A stretch of 64,000 bases of DNA from Eledone cirrhosa (GCA_964016885.1 OZ024742.1:184140001-184204000), one strand, 5' to 3'. Positions 11,251-23,839 are shown, counted from the first letter of the stretch. Program-made: numbers and translations. Notes: generated by a model from the letters alone, not told the origin.

Positions 11251-11907
11251 GATGGACACCAATTTTATCAGCAATTTACTCCATTTCGGCACGTTTTATT
11301 ACTTCATTAAATTGTATTTCACTAACTTTTATAATTTATTTATTTTATATATCTATTTATTTGTAAATATATATTTACTTGTTTATCTGTGTATTTATTT
11401 ATTGAGTTGATTCAATTCTAGGAAGAGAGCGAACTAACTCTATTACTGCGATGTCTAAATAAAACTTTACCATTAAATTTATATAATAAACAGTTTTGAA
11501 ATAAAATCTGAAAAGCCAACACAGACACCGTGTATTTATCAATCGCTTCGTTTCACACAACCCAGATACGTCCAAAACATACATATATATATACAAACAT
11601 ATGCACACATATATACGTCCTTCCAACACACACACACACAAACATATATACACATTCGTTCCTTCTAATATATACCTACGTAAGTCCCTTACTCTACGAA
11701 CACACACACACACACACGTCCTTTCAATACATTCACACGCATGTTCCTACCTACATACACATACAACTTTTCTAACACACGCGTACAAATGTCTCTTCCA
11801 ATACACACACATGCATTCCCTCCAATACAAAACGGACTCAATACAAAACACATACTCCTTGCACACATATACATATGTTCCTTCCAGCACTCATACGCAC
11901 GCATCAA

Positions 11908-11994
11908 TCATACATACATACATACATACATACATACATACATACATACATACATACATACATACATACATACATACATACATACATACATACA
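11908..11994. repeat. (TACA)n microsatellite (target of Dong family A)
   Basis: Directly visible. Confidence 0.98.
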
Positions 11995-14089
11995 GGTGCC
12001 TTAACCTGTTCTTACAGGTGCCTTAACCTGTTCTTACAGGATCACTGTGCTACCAACAACATCATAACACCTGAGCAAGCTGGTGGAAAGAGGGAGGTGT
12101 GGGGTTGCATAGATCACCTACTAACTAACAAAATGATTCAGGAAAAAACAACAAAGAATCGCAGAAATATGACTGTGGTGTGGCTGGACTATCAAAAAGC
12201 ATTTGATAGTGTACCTCATGGGTGGATTATTAAGGCTATACAGTTAGCTAAAGTCCCACAACCATTGGTAGCTGCTGTTGAACGCCTGACCAAGAACTGG
12301 TACACCAATTTGATCCTTAGAGGTGAGAAGGAGAAAGTTAAGACTGATAAGATACATTACCAGAAGGGCATCTTTCAGGGTGATAGCTTGTCAGTGCTAC
12401 TCTTCGTTCTCACACTGAATCCACTATCTTACCTACTCAGGAAACAGGGTGGACAAAGAAGTGGGCCCAGAAGTATCTCCCATCTTTTCTTTGTTAATGA
12501 CCTGAAGTTGTATGGGCCAAATATCAATGACATCAAGAAACAATTGAACCTCATTACACAATTTTCAACTGACATCAAAATGAAATTTGGTGAGTCCAAG
12601 TGTGCATATTTGGCAATAAAACGTGGAAGAGCTGTGCCCTCCTCTAGAAATCTAGAGATGAACGGCCTGACAATACAACTTCTGCAGTCGGGTGACAACT
12701 ACAGATATTTTGGACAGGATGAGAATGTCAGATATGATGGACCCATAAATAAGGAGAGAACCAGAACTGAATACCTCAGAAGAGTAAAGAAAATATGGTC
12801 ATCAGAACTGTCAGCATACAACAAATACATTGCCCACAATACTTATGCTGTGCCAATTCTAACGCCAACATTTGGCCTGCTGAACTGGTCATTGCAAGAA
12901 CTAAGTGAGATGGATGTTAGAACTCGAAAACTTCTCAGTGTTACTGCGAACTTTAACATCAATGGTGATGTGGATAGGTTATACTTCTCACGCAAGGAAG
13001 GTGGCCGGGGTCTAAAATCAATATTAACAACATATGAGACCCGGATAGTAACACTGAAGCAACACCTTCAACAGAGGAAAAAAGTTGGCAACCATCTTGC
13101 CCAGGTTTATGAGCATGAAAAAAAAAATATCATTAGAATAGCGACTGATCTGGAGGAGAGATATGGAATAAAGCATGATATAAATCTCTCACCCAGAGAA
13201 ATCGGAAGATCCTATTCAATGTTCAAACAAGAAAAAAATTGACCAATTTATAGAAAAAGTTGTGCATGGATACTTGAGGCGTAAAACACTGACCATAGAG
13301 GGGATAAACCACTCAAAAAGCCTGGCATGGAGTTCCGACAAGTTTATGACATCACACCTTGAGGGATATCTATATGCAATACAGGAACAAGAACTCCCTA
13401 CCAAATATCTGCTGCACAAAAGAGGCGGGCCAGCAGCTGACAATAAATGTAGGCTATGTAAAACAAAGATCGAGGATGTAAGCCACATTGTTGCCAGCTG
13501 CGAAAGAATGTCATCTCGCTACTACCTCCCCATGAGACACGATGGGATAGCTAGAACCATCTGGAACGCACTTCGGAAAACAAAATTAACAACAAACGAG
13601 GAAGAATATATTGAGACAGATGGCACTAAGGAATACTGGTGGAACCTGAAAATAAAAACTGCCACCAAATTAAAGCACAACCGGCCTGATATTGTTGTTT
13701 GGGACCACACATTGAAAACGTGTTCTGTTGTGGAGATCAGCTGCCCACTTGATGTAAACGTTGTCAGAAAAATACAGGAGAAGGAGGACATCTACGGACC
13801 ATTGATGAGGAGTTTACAAATCCAGTATCCAAGATACACCTTTAGCTTCATACCCATCATTATTGGAGCTACGGGTTATATACCAACCCACTTGACTGAA
13901 CTTGGATTTGCGGACAAAAAGCGCAGCTCCCTAATTCATAGTCTACAAATGGCTGCGATAGCTGGCACCTTCAAAATTTGCAAAACATTCTTGCGATTCA
14001 AGGGATGACAATTTCTTTTCATTTACAACCTTGCCACCAGGAAGGTGGCCGGTCAAAAAAATATACTCGAAATTAAGAGAAAGAGATAA
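11991..14089 (+). mobile_element. Dong/R4-clade retrotransposon family A, 5'-truncated, nearly intact RT-CCHC-RLE ORF
   Basis: WLDYQKAFDSVPH, GIFQGDSLS, LFFVNDLKLY (catalytic D>N), EGGRGL, CRLC...HIVASC, RHD, NRPDIV, EISCP. One frameshift in the A-run at ~13232-13238. Stop at 14008, short 3' UTR ending gagataa|(CATA)n. Confidence 0.93.
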
Positions 14090-14176
14090 CATACATACAT
14101 ACATACATACATACATACATACATACATACATACATACATACATACATACATACATACATACATTACATACATACA

Positions 14177-14693
14177 TGGTGGCTGCCAACTCGTTTTCGA
14201 GTACGGCCACTACTTTATATACATGTAGGAGAACCCCTACTGATGCGCTGAACGAGTGTGACTTTTTAGTCCAACCAGCGACTTGAAAACTCTGGTACAA
14301 ACAGTACACTTGTGACAATTGCTGACACATAGTGCTGGGCCCATTGTACCCTGTGACGACAAGTGCAGAGAGATCTCTAAATATAAAGCAATGCCTGTGC
14401 CGTGAAGCTTTTATAGTGAACAAAGGCACTGCACAAAGCCAGTCCCACTCTCTTAACCAAGATGATATTTACCAAAAAGAAGAACAAGTCAACATCATTG
14501 GATACCATCAGGGTTGCAGGTGTTATATCAGAGTTTTCCTTCTCCTAGAATTCTGCCTTGACAAATCATCTTTCCCGGTGATTTTGGATGGCCATTGACT
14601 CTTAAGAGCTCCTTTGCCCTTTGACAGGTTTTGTTTTTAGTCCTGCAGGATTCCAAAGTCACCCTCCTCACCAAGAAACCTTGGTGGGGTTGC
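14177..14693 (-). mobile_element. Element B copy, 5'-truncated
   Basis: Reverse complement of 7184-7790 lacking the first ~80 nt. (TACA)n-type repeat on both sides. Confidence 0.9.
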
Positions 14694-15068
14694 ACATACA
14701 TACATACCTACATATATACATACATACCTACATATATACATATATACCTACATACACACATACATACCTACATATATACATACATACACACATACATACC
14801 TACATATATACATACATACACACATACATATCTACATATATACATACATACACACATACATACCTACATACACACATACCTACATACCTACATACACACA
14901 TACATACCTACATATATACATACATACACACATACCTACATATATACATACATACACACATACATACCTACATATATACATACATACCTACACATACCTA
15001 CATACATACATACACATAACTACATACACACCTACATATATACATACCTACACACATACATACATACA
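14694..15068. repeat. Degenerate (TACA/TACC/CACA) compound repeat
   Basis: catacatacctacatatata-type higher-order units. Confidence 0.9.
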
Positions 15069-15334
15069 CAGACAAAAAGGTGCAAACTGTTTAAATTCCA
15101 GTTCACCCACACCACCTCAACCCACTCCCATCACCCCCATTCCAGACCTCCAATAACATTTCAGTATTTCATATTCAAGAAAATGTCAAAAAGACGTCCA
15201 AAAGTGACAATAGAGTATGAGACCGAGCTGGAGCAACCTTCCCCTCCAAAGAGAAGTTGACATACATACATACATACATACATACATACATACATACATA
15301 CATACATACATACATACATACATACATACATACA

Positions 15335-15944
15335 TGGTGGCTGCCAACTCGTTTTCGAGTACGGCCACTACTTTATATCCATGTAGGAGAACCCCTACCG
15401 ATGCACTGAACGAGTGTGACTTTTTAGTCCAGCCAGCGACTTGAAAACTCTGGTACAAACACTACACTTGTGACAATCATTGACACATAGTGCTGGGCCC
15501 ATGGTACCATGTGACGACAAGTGCAGAGAGATCTCCAGATATAAAGCAATGCCTGTGCCGTGAAGCTTTTATAGTGAGCAAAGGCACTGCACAAAGCCAG
15601 TCCCACTCTCTTAACCAAGATGATATTTACCCAAAAGAAGAACAAGTCAACATCATTGGATACCATCAGAGTTGCAGGTGTTATATCAGAGTTTTCCTTC
15701 TCCTAGAATTCTGCCTTGACAAAGGCTAAGGGGTCATCTCTCCCGGTGATTTTGGATGGCTATTGACTCTTAAGAGCTCCTTTGCCCTTTGACAGGTTTT
15801 GTTTTTAGTCCTGCAGGATGTCCAAAGTCGTCACCCTCCTCACCAAGAAACCTTGGTGGGGTTGCCAGTTTAGTCGCCAACGACCCGACCATGAGACAGG
15901 TTGTACTGAGATACATGTTACTAGTAGCAGCAACTGGTGACCTG
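15335..15944 (-). mobile_element. Element B copy, full length
   Basis: Reverse complement of 7184-7790. (TACA)n on both sides. Confidence 0.9.
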
Positions 15945-16242
15945 ACATAATACATACATACATACATACATACATACATACATACATACATACATAATAC
16001 ATACATACATACATAATACATACATACATGCATACATACATACATACATACATACATACATACATACATAATACCTACATACATACATACATAATACATA
16101 CATACATACATACATACATAATACCTACATACATACATATATACATAATACATACATACATACATACATACATAATATCTACATACATACATACATACAT
16201 ACATAATACATACATACATACATACATACATACATACATACA

Positions 16243-16272
<30 letters not shown>

Positions 16273-16273
<1 letters not shown>

Positions 16274-16828
16274 TATGATATGGGAACAGGGAGAAGAAAA
16301 CATGCACAGTAGTGGAAATTAGCTGCCCAGCAGATGCCAATATAATATCAAAGATTAGTGAAAAGGAGAATATTTATGCAGAACTGATGAGAAATCTGCA
16401 GATACTCCACCCTGATTACACCTTCAGATTTATGCCTATGATTATTGGGGCACTGGGATATGTTAGTAACTGCCTCAATACAAATCTTGAGAAGCTAGGC
16501 TTCACAGGAACAGAAAGAACACAACTAGTTAGGAAACTACAAGTACAATCCATTAATGGAACAGTAAAAATATGTAAAACATTCCAAAAATGTTGCATCT
16601 AATAACTGCATATACACATGTACAGATACAAAAAGTTTACACATGCACACATACAACTCAAAACATACACATCCACACATACAATAACATCCATATCTAC
16701 ACATGCATTTCATACATAATCTACCTAGTTGATGTTGTGTAAATTCCAATGAGAGAGTATTGTGTCTATGTTAGAAACCGACTCTCTCTCTATTGGTAAA
16801 ACTTTGTGAAATTATAAATTCAGAAGAA
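16273..16828 (+). mobile_element. Dong family C 3' end (RLE C-terminus plus 3' UTR)
   Basis: EISCPADANIISKISEKENIY...GTVKICKTFQ. Ends agaagaa|(CATA)n. Confidence 0.9.
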
Positions 16829-16894
16829 CATACATACATACATACATACATACATACATACATACATACATACATACATACATACATACATACA

Positions 16895-17161
16895 TCGAGG
16901 ATGTAAGCCACATTGTTGCCAGCTGCGAAAGAATGTCATCTCGCTACTACCTCCCCATGAGACACGATGGGATAGCTAGAACCATCTGGAACGCACTTCG
17001 GAAAACAAAATTAACAACAAACGAGGAAGAATATATTGAGACAGATGGCACTAAGGAATACTTGCGATTCAAGGGATGACAATTTCTTTTCTTTTACAAC
17101 ATTGCCACCAGGAAGGTGGCCAGTCAAAAAAAATATACTCGAAATTAAGAGAAAGAGATAA
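16895..17161 (+). mobile_element. Dong family A derivative, 5'-truncated and internally deleted
   Basis: Matches ~13469-13637 joined directly to ~13990-14089. (TACA)n on both sides. Confidence 0.9.
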
Positions 17162-17239
17162 CATACATACATACATACATACATACATACATACATACAT
17201 ACATACATACATACATACATACATACATACATACATACA

Positions 17240-18769
17240 TACAGATACCTAGGGATATATGAGAATATATCCTATGATGGTATCTGTAAAAAGGAACACG
17301 TAACCAGGGAATATTACACCAGATTAAGAAAAAATGGTCATCTAAAATATCTGCGCACAATAAAACAGTGGTTCACAATGTGTTTTTGCTTTGCCTGTCC
17401 TAACAGCAACGTTTGGAATATTCGAGTGGACAACAGACGAAATCCGAACAATTGATGTTAGAGCCCGAAAAATCCTAAACAACACTGGAAACTTCCACAT
17501 CAACAGTGACATAGACCGCCTCTACTTGAAACGTAAGCAGGGAGGCAGAGGCCTAACATCAGTCCAGACAGCATTTGAATGTCGCATCATGTCCCTCCGA
17601 CAACATTTACGAACCCCGAAGAGTAGGAGCCCATCTATCGAGCAAGTCTATCTGCATGAGGCAGATAAGATCATGAGTGTTGGGAAGGAACTACTTGAAA
17701 GATATTCCCTGCATGATAATCAAAAACTCACACCCAGGGAAATTGCCCAGCAGTACCGCAGTGAATCTATGTATGAAAAATTGCATGCTTATCAACAAAA
17801 TATCATGCATGGATATGTTGCCAGAGTGAGAGTAATATAGATAAACAAAGTAGTCTATCTTGGACCAACAACCACTATATTGGCTTCCACTTTGAAGGAT
17901 ACGCTTTTGCAATCCAAGAACAGGAGATTAACACGAAATACCTGATTCATAAAAAAGATAGGGATGCAGGCAAAATACCTAGATCTGACAACATGTGCAG
18001 ATTCAGCAGAATTAACATCGAAGATGTCACCCATGTCATAAGCAGCTGTCCAAAGATGTCATCACGGTACTATCTACCTATGAGGCATGATGTAGTGGCC
18101 AAAACACTGTACAATGCAATCCGTAGAAAAGATAGCCCCGACAATAAACACATTAAAAGCTACAGCAATGTGGAAGACATACATATACATAATATTAAAG
18201 AGTACTGGTGGAATGTTCCAGTAAAAACCCCAATAAAAGGCAGGTATAACAGACTAGATATAATGATATAGGACAGGGAAAAGAAGGCATGCACAGTAGT
18301 GGAAGTTAGCTGCCCAGCAGATGCCAATATAATATTGAAGATTAGCAAAAAAGAGAATATCTATGCAGAACTAATGGGAAATCTGCAGATACTCCACCCT
18401 GACTATACCTTCAGATTGATACCTGTGATTACTGGGGCACCGGGATATGTTAGTAACTGCCTCAATACAAATCTTGAAAACCTGGGCTTCACAGAACCAG
18501 AAAGAACTCGACTAGTTAGGAAATTACAAGTACAATCCATTAATGGAACAGTAAAAATATGTAAAACATTCCAAAACTTCAGCATGTAATAACTGCATAT
18601 ACACATATACAAATACAAAACATATGCACATGCACAATATAACTCAAAACATACACATACACACATTCAATAACATCCATACCCGCAAATACATGCAGAC
18701 ATGCAGGCATGTCTACCTAGTTGATGTCTAAATTCCAATGAAAGAGTCTTGTGTCTATTTTAGAAACTC

Positions 18770-18800
<31 letters not shown>

Positions 18801-18840
18801 ATTGGTAAAAAAAAATTATAAAATTATAAAACCAGAAGAA
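17240..18840 (+). mobile_element. Dong family C, 5'-truncated (RT thumb, zinc knuckle, RLE, 3' UTR)
   Basis: KQGGRGL, HVISSC, MRHD, EVSCP, KICKTF. Ends agaagaa|catacat. Inverted homologue of 4019-5350. Confidence 0.9.
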
Positions 18841-18870
18841 CATACATCTATACAGCGAGATTTGAACGAT

Positions 18871-19421
18871 TGTTCCGTAATTGGCGAAATAAATCATACG
18901 ACCACATACGCTGACGGATGGCCTCATAGATAAGCAATTTCCCTTGTACTTTACTTCCCAGTGTATTTTACTTCCTTTGTTTTGCGGTCTCATGTCACCA
19001 AATTGCCTGAAGAATACCGTTTTCTAAGAGCCATCTGCTTATTGTCAACGACAACAAAATTCTCATAGTCTGCTCTCGGCTGTCCAACAACCAGTTTGGT
19101 TCAGTTGACGACATAGATCAGAACAACGTAGTTTGCCAACAGTCACACTCCAACCCACTGGGTTCAGCCCTTTCGGCCAGCGAGACAAGTCAGTCATACT
19201 CCTGTTCGATTCCAACAAAAGTTAGTTCCATACAACTGTTCAGTCGATTACTACGCCATCCACGCCAAACCAATCACACAAACATTACACACAAAATCAC
19301 TGTGACCCTTTGTTTTTCCTATTATCATAATAACATCGACATAAGTTATTTCTTAATAAAAATTATTAAAGTAGCAGCGTTTGTTGTTGTTCATTGAGTA
19401 TCGGTAATTTCACTTTTAACA
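18871..19421 (+). other. Unassigned insert, possible solo LTR
   Basis: TG...CA boundaries can be drawn and there is an internal AATAAA (~19355). No TSD found. Confidence 0.25.
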
Positions 19422-19683
19422 TTCAGCTTTCAACAACTGATTATGGCAACCACACATCTCGATTCACTGAGACACACAAGCAATTGATTTGCCCATAAGT
19501 CATAGACTTTCACACAGTGCTTTATATGGGAAATAGTAACTCATGAAATCGCCCATCAAGCCAACAGCTACAACTACAATTTCTGCTACATACAATGAAC
19601 AACTGACCAACCAAATCACTACTACAATCTACACATCTGGTCACAACAAACATTCATCTTAACAGCCGCAATACATACATACA

Positions 19684-20963
19684 ATAGAAACGATGCTTGG
19701 TGACAGTACAACCAGAACTCTTCAATATAAGCTGATCACCCTCAAACAAGAAGTGAGAGCAGTCAGCAAGAAACGCTGATACCTGAAGAAGGTAGATGAA
19801 AGAAAAGTACTTAATAAAAGATTCAAACGAAACCAAACATCAGTCTATAGAGAAGGACAAAGTAATAAATGTCACTGAGGCCCCATCCCAAAAAGACATA
19901 GATTCCTTCTGGAGAAAAATATGGGGTGAAAAGATGCAGTGTGGCTAAAAGAAATCCAAAAGAAATATTGCTCATACACTACAACAAAAACATGCAAAAT
20001 AAATAAGGATACCTTTGAGACTGTGATAGGAAAACTCCAAGATAAGAAAACACCAGGAAGAGACTTGATTGTCGGCTACTGGTACAAAAAACTGATATTC
20101 TATCAGATTTATCTTATCGACCTCTACCAACAAGCTCTCAAGGGAGATACACATCTACCAGAATGGTTGACATTAGGACAAACAATACTGGTTCCGAAGA
20201 ACAAAGACACCCACTTAGCAAAAAACTACCGATCCATTGCATGCCAGAACCTGATGTATAAGATGTATACAGCCTGCCTGAACCTATTTCTCTAAGATCA
20301 CTGTGAAAACATCATCACAGATGTACAAGCAGCTGGAAAGAAAGGTGGGGGGGGGGGGTGAACAACTCCTAACCAATAAAACTGCGATGTCAGAGGTACG
20401 ACAACTTAGGAGGAATATGGCTACAGTCTGACTGGACTACAGGAAAGCATTTGATTCTGTTCCCCATTCTTGGATGATAGAGGCCCAGGCATTATTATCA
20501 GAGCCATAGAGAAGCTGTCTTCTTCTTGGGCTACTATCCTAAAGTTAAAAACAGAGAAGGAGGACTCTATTTTCATTGATAAAATAGAATATCACTGGGG
20601 TATATTTCAGGGAGACAGTCTCTGTGTGCTACTATTTATCTTGTCATTAAACTCCTTGTCCTTTCTGCTCAAGAAATGTGAAGGATACATCATTGGTTCA
20701 CAGGAGGACAGAAATACGAACTTAATTCATAATTTTTTTGTGGATGACCTGAAACTCTATGCCAAGAACATAAATGGGATGGAGGAAAATCTACACATCC
20801 ACACATACAATAACATCCATACTTGCATACACATGCATGCAGTCATGCATACATATCTACCTAGTTGATGTTGTATAAATTCCAATGAGAGAGTCTTGTA
20901 TCTATGTTAGAAACCGATTCTCTCTCTATTGGTAAAAATGTATTAAATTATAAAGCCAAAAGA
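19684..20963 (+). mobile_element. Dong family C, RT N-terminal half joined directly to the 3' UTR
   Basis: PSQKDIDSFWRKIWG, TPGRDLIVGYWYKK, GIFQGDSL, FFVDDLKLY, then a jump at ~20790 to the 3' UTR. Begins after atacatacat and ends aagaa|(CATA)n. Confidence 0.88.
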
Positions 20964-21321
20964 ACATACATACATACATAAATAATACATACATATACAT
21001 ATATACCTACATACATACATACATAAATAATACATACATATACATATATACCTACATACATTTATACATCCTTTCCAACACATATGAATGTTGTTTACTT
21101 TCTTAAAGCCATCAAATAAATCAAGTTATCTACTTTTACAACTGAAATCAAACATTTAATTTCCCTCAATTAATGTGTCATTGATCAGAGGCTTGTACAA
21201 ACATAAATAAATAAATCAGTAAACAGATTATAAAATAAATAGAAACCTGTATAAGCAAGTTGTATTTTATTGTACTATTTTATGTATTTTCTTTAATAAA
21301 AGGCAAAAGATTTATCTACTT

Positions 21322-21822
21322 AGTGGATTGGAAGACTCCTCAGAGCAGAGATTCTCAAACTTTTGGGGCCACTGTTCCCTTATGGCCACGTAATACCACC
21401 AGCACACTCACCCCTATTTCCAGAGAGACCTGCCTATATGCAAATTATAAATATATAATAAATAAAATCGTTAATTTATATATAATATAATATATACTAT
21501 GTATAAATAAATATTATACAGCTTCTCCATTCCTCCCAACGACCCCTTTTTCTCTAGCGCAGCCCTTGAACTTTCTCAATGCCCTCGGAGGGGGGGGGGT
21601 AGCACCCACTTTGAGAACCTCTGCCTTAGAGTGTCAGAAAAAGGATTTACTGTGTTTAGTTAAGGTTCTTCATGTTCCAAGTTCAAATCCTGTTATGGTC
21701 AACTTTGTTTTTCATCATCCAGAGATCGATCAAATAAAGTACCAGTAAAATACTGGTGTCGATATAATTGACTTTCCGTTTTCTCAAATTGGTGGTCTTG
21801 TGCCAAAATTGTAAATCATTAT
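21322..21822 (+). mobile_element. Old tRNA-SINE interrupted by a hAT MITE
   Basis: Head gtggattgg before the MITE. B-box gttcaaatcc and central domain after it. Confidence 0.7.
21346..21623. mobile_element. hAT-type MITE
   Basis: TIRs cagagattctcaaa / tttgagaacctctg. 8-bp TSD cctcagag/ccttagag. Confidence 0.85.
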
Positions 21823-21826
21823 TTCA

Positions 21827-22016
21827 TGGTGAATTGGCAGTATCGGTTGAGGGTCGGACGCCATGCTTTGACGCATAGAGTTACGGCCCTTGCCATTCTG
21901 AGTTCAAATTCCGCCGAGGTTAACTTTGCCTTTCATCCTTACGGGGTCGATAAAATAAAGTACCAGTAGTACACTGGGAAATTGCTGGCCTTGTGCCAAA
22001 AGTAGAAACAATTATT
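21827..22016 (+). mobile_element. tRNA-SINE, full length
   Basis: A/B boxes and central domain. Flanking direct repeat attatttcatg. Confidence 0.9.
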
Positions 22017-22217
22017 TCATGTATTTACATTTCTGATACAAATGTCAGGTTTGGACTCAAAAGTTCAATGAACCAAATCAAGTAGGCTCATCATTCCCTC
22101 CCCTCACCTAGGGGGGGGCTTGATATCAACCACTTTAGTGTAAAGTATTTAATCCATCACTCTGCCCAAACCCTCACCACTCAACCACTTTTAATATGAA
22201 AGGCAGTTATTAATACA

Positions 22218-22388
22218 TAATTATTTCTATTTTGGGCACAGGGCCAGCAATTACCCAGTGTATTACTGGTACTTTATTTTATCGACCCCGTAAGGATGAA
22301 AAGCAAAGTTAACCTCGGCGGGATTTGAACTCAGATAAAGGGACGTAACTCTGTGCTGCAAAGCATGGCGTCCGACTCTCTACCGATA
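22218..22388 (-). mobile_element. tRNA-SINE
   Basis: Reverse complement of 21827-22016. Confidence 0.88.
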
Positions 22389-22537
22389 CATAATATAACT
22401 AGGTCAGTTGTACAGCATAAAGTATTTACTTTATACATTTTTGGATTCAAAACCTGCTAAGGTCAGTTTTATTTTCCATCCCTCATTCTTAATCTTGATA
22501 TCAACAATAGTAATACACCACATGTGCTTGTATGTAT

Positions 22538-22568
<31 letters not shown>

Positions 22569-22569
22569 A

Positions 22570-23232
22570 GAATGAAAAATGGCGTGCTGCGTTGTTGCGA
22601 ATATGAACATAAGAATAAAAATAGACCGAGAAACAAGAATGTCCGTCATCAGTAGCCTGCTGATTATCATTGGTATTTCTTCGCATTAAAGACTAGATAC
22701 CTAAAATCAGTGCGAGCGATAACTAAATTAAGTTATCGGGACAGAGGAAAACAGAGGAAAGGAAACAAACAACATGGTAGTAATGCAACGTAAAGAGAAG
22801 AAAAGAGAGACAAGTCAATGGATCTTGTGGCCTTAAGTCCGACAAATCAAATGACGAGAAGAAATAGACGCGTCCGAGCCACGAGAAAAGTGAGAGAGGA
22901 AAGAATATTTCACGCAGGTCAGACGGGAGGAAGTGAGAGGGGAGGAGTAGCAGAGAGTGAGTGAGTGAAAGTGTGAAGAAGGGGACAGCCGAGAGTGAGT
23001 GACCAGCAGCGGGAGTGGAGGGAAGCAAGAGGTGAAGGAGAGAGAAGGGGGAGAGAGAAAGAGGATAGCAGTAAGGTGACAGAAAAAATACGAACCACAG
23101 CGAAGGGAAAAAATATATGTGAATGAAAAATGGCGTGCTGCGTTGTTGTGAATATGAACATATGAATAAAAATAGACCGAGAAACTAGAATGTCCGTCAT
23201 CAGTAGCCTGCTGATTATCATTGGTATTTTTT

Positions 23233-23237
<5 letters not shown>
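22570..23237 (-). mobile_element. Terminally redundant non-coding element (117-bp direct repeats, period 551 bp) inside (TA)n
   Basis: 22570-22686 and 23121-23237 are near-identical. (TA)n on both sides. CTGATGA on the minus strand in each repeat. Confidence 0.65.
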
Positions 23238-23302
<65 letters not shown>

Positions 23303-23839
23303 TCTGTAATTCTCTAAAATTTACATACAAACATTCACAAAATGCATTTCCTATCTCAGTCATGTTACAATAAGAAGTTCATTTTTCAATCACAAATAGT
23401 TATTTCTCCAAAGTTACTCATACATTTAATTCTGTATGTCATTTGTACATATAGCTAGCCAAACGAAGAGTTGGGTGGCCCTTTCAATTGTGTCAAGGGT
23501 ATGACAACTTCCCAAATGTTGATGATCTACACAATAAAAGCACCCAGTATATGCTATAAAATGGTAGATGTTAGGAAAGGCATCCAGCAATAGAAAGCTT
23601 TTCAAACTTAAGGTTTGGAGGACTCTCCAGTTATGTCAAAGACATGACAAACTGACTAGTGCTGGTGCCATGATAAAATGCACTTAGTAGAATGCATAGC
23701 TATATGTAAGCGAGATGCAAATCTGTAGTCTGTCTGGGAAGTCAGTAGCCCCACTTCAGTACAGATTCAATCAGTGAAGGCCTATCCAACTCTTGTTAGC
23801 AGAGAACGTGGATTTTAAATGAGGATGATGATGATGATA

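Noticed and set aside
14621-16312. HTYI/MYVC-repeat ORFs
   Set aside because: Translations of (TACA)n.
11908-21060. Repeat-separated unique segments resembling a spacer array or scrambled gene
   Set aside because: Segments are individually explained as 3'-anchored retrotransposon insertions from different families. They do not reassemble into one ORF.
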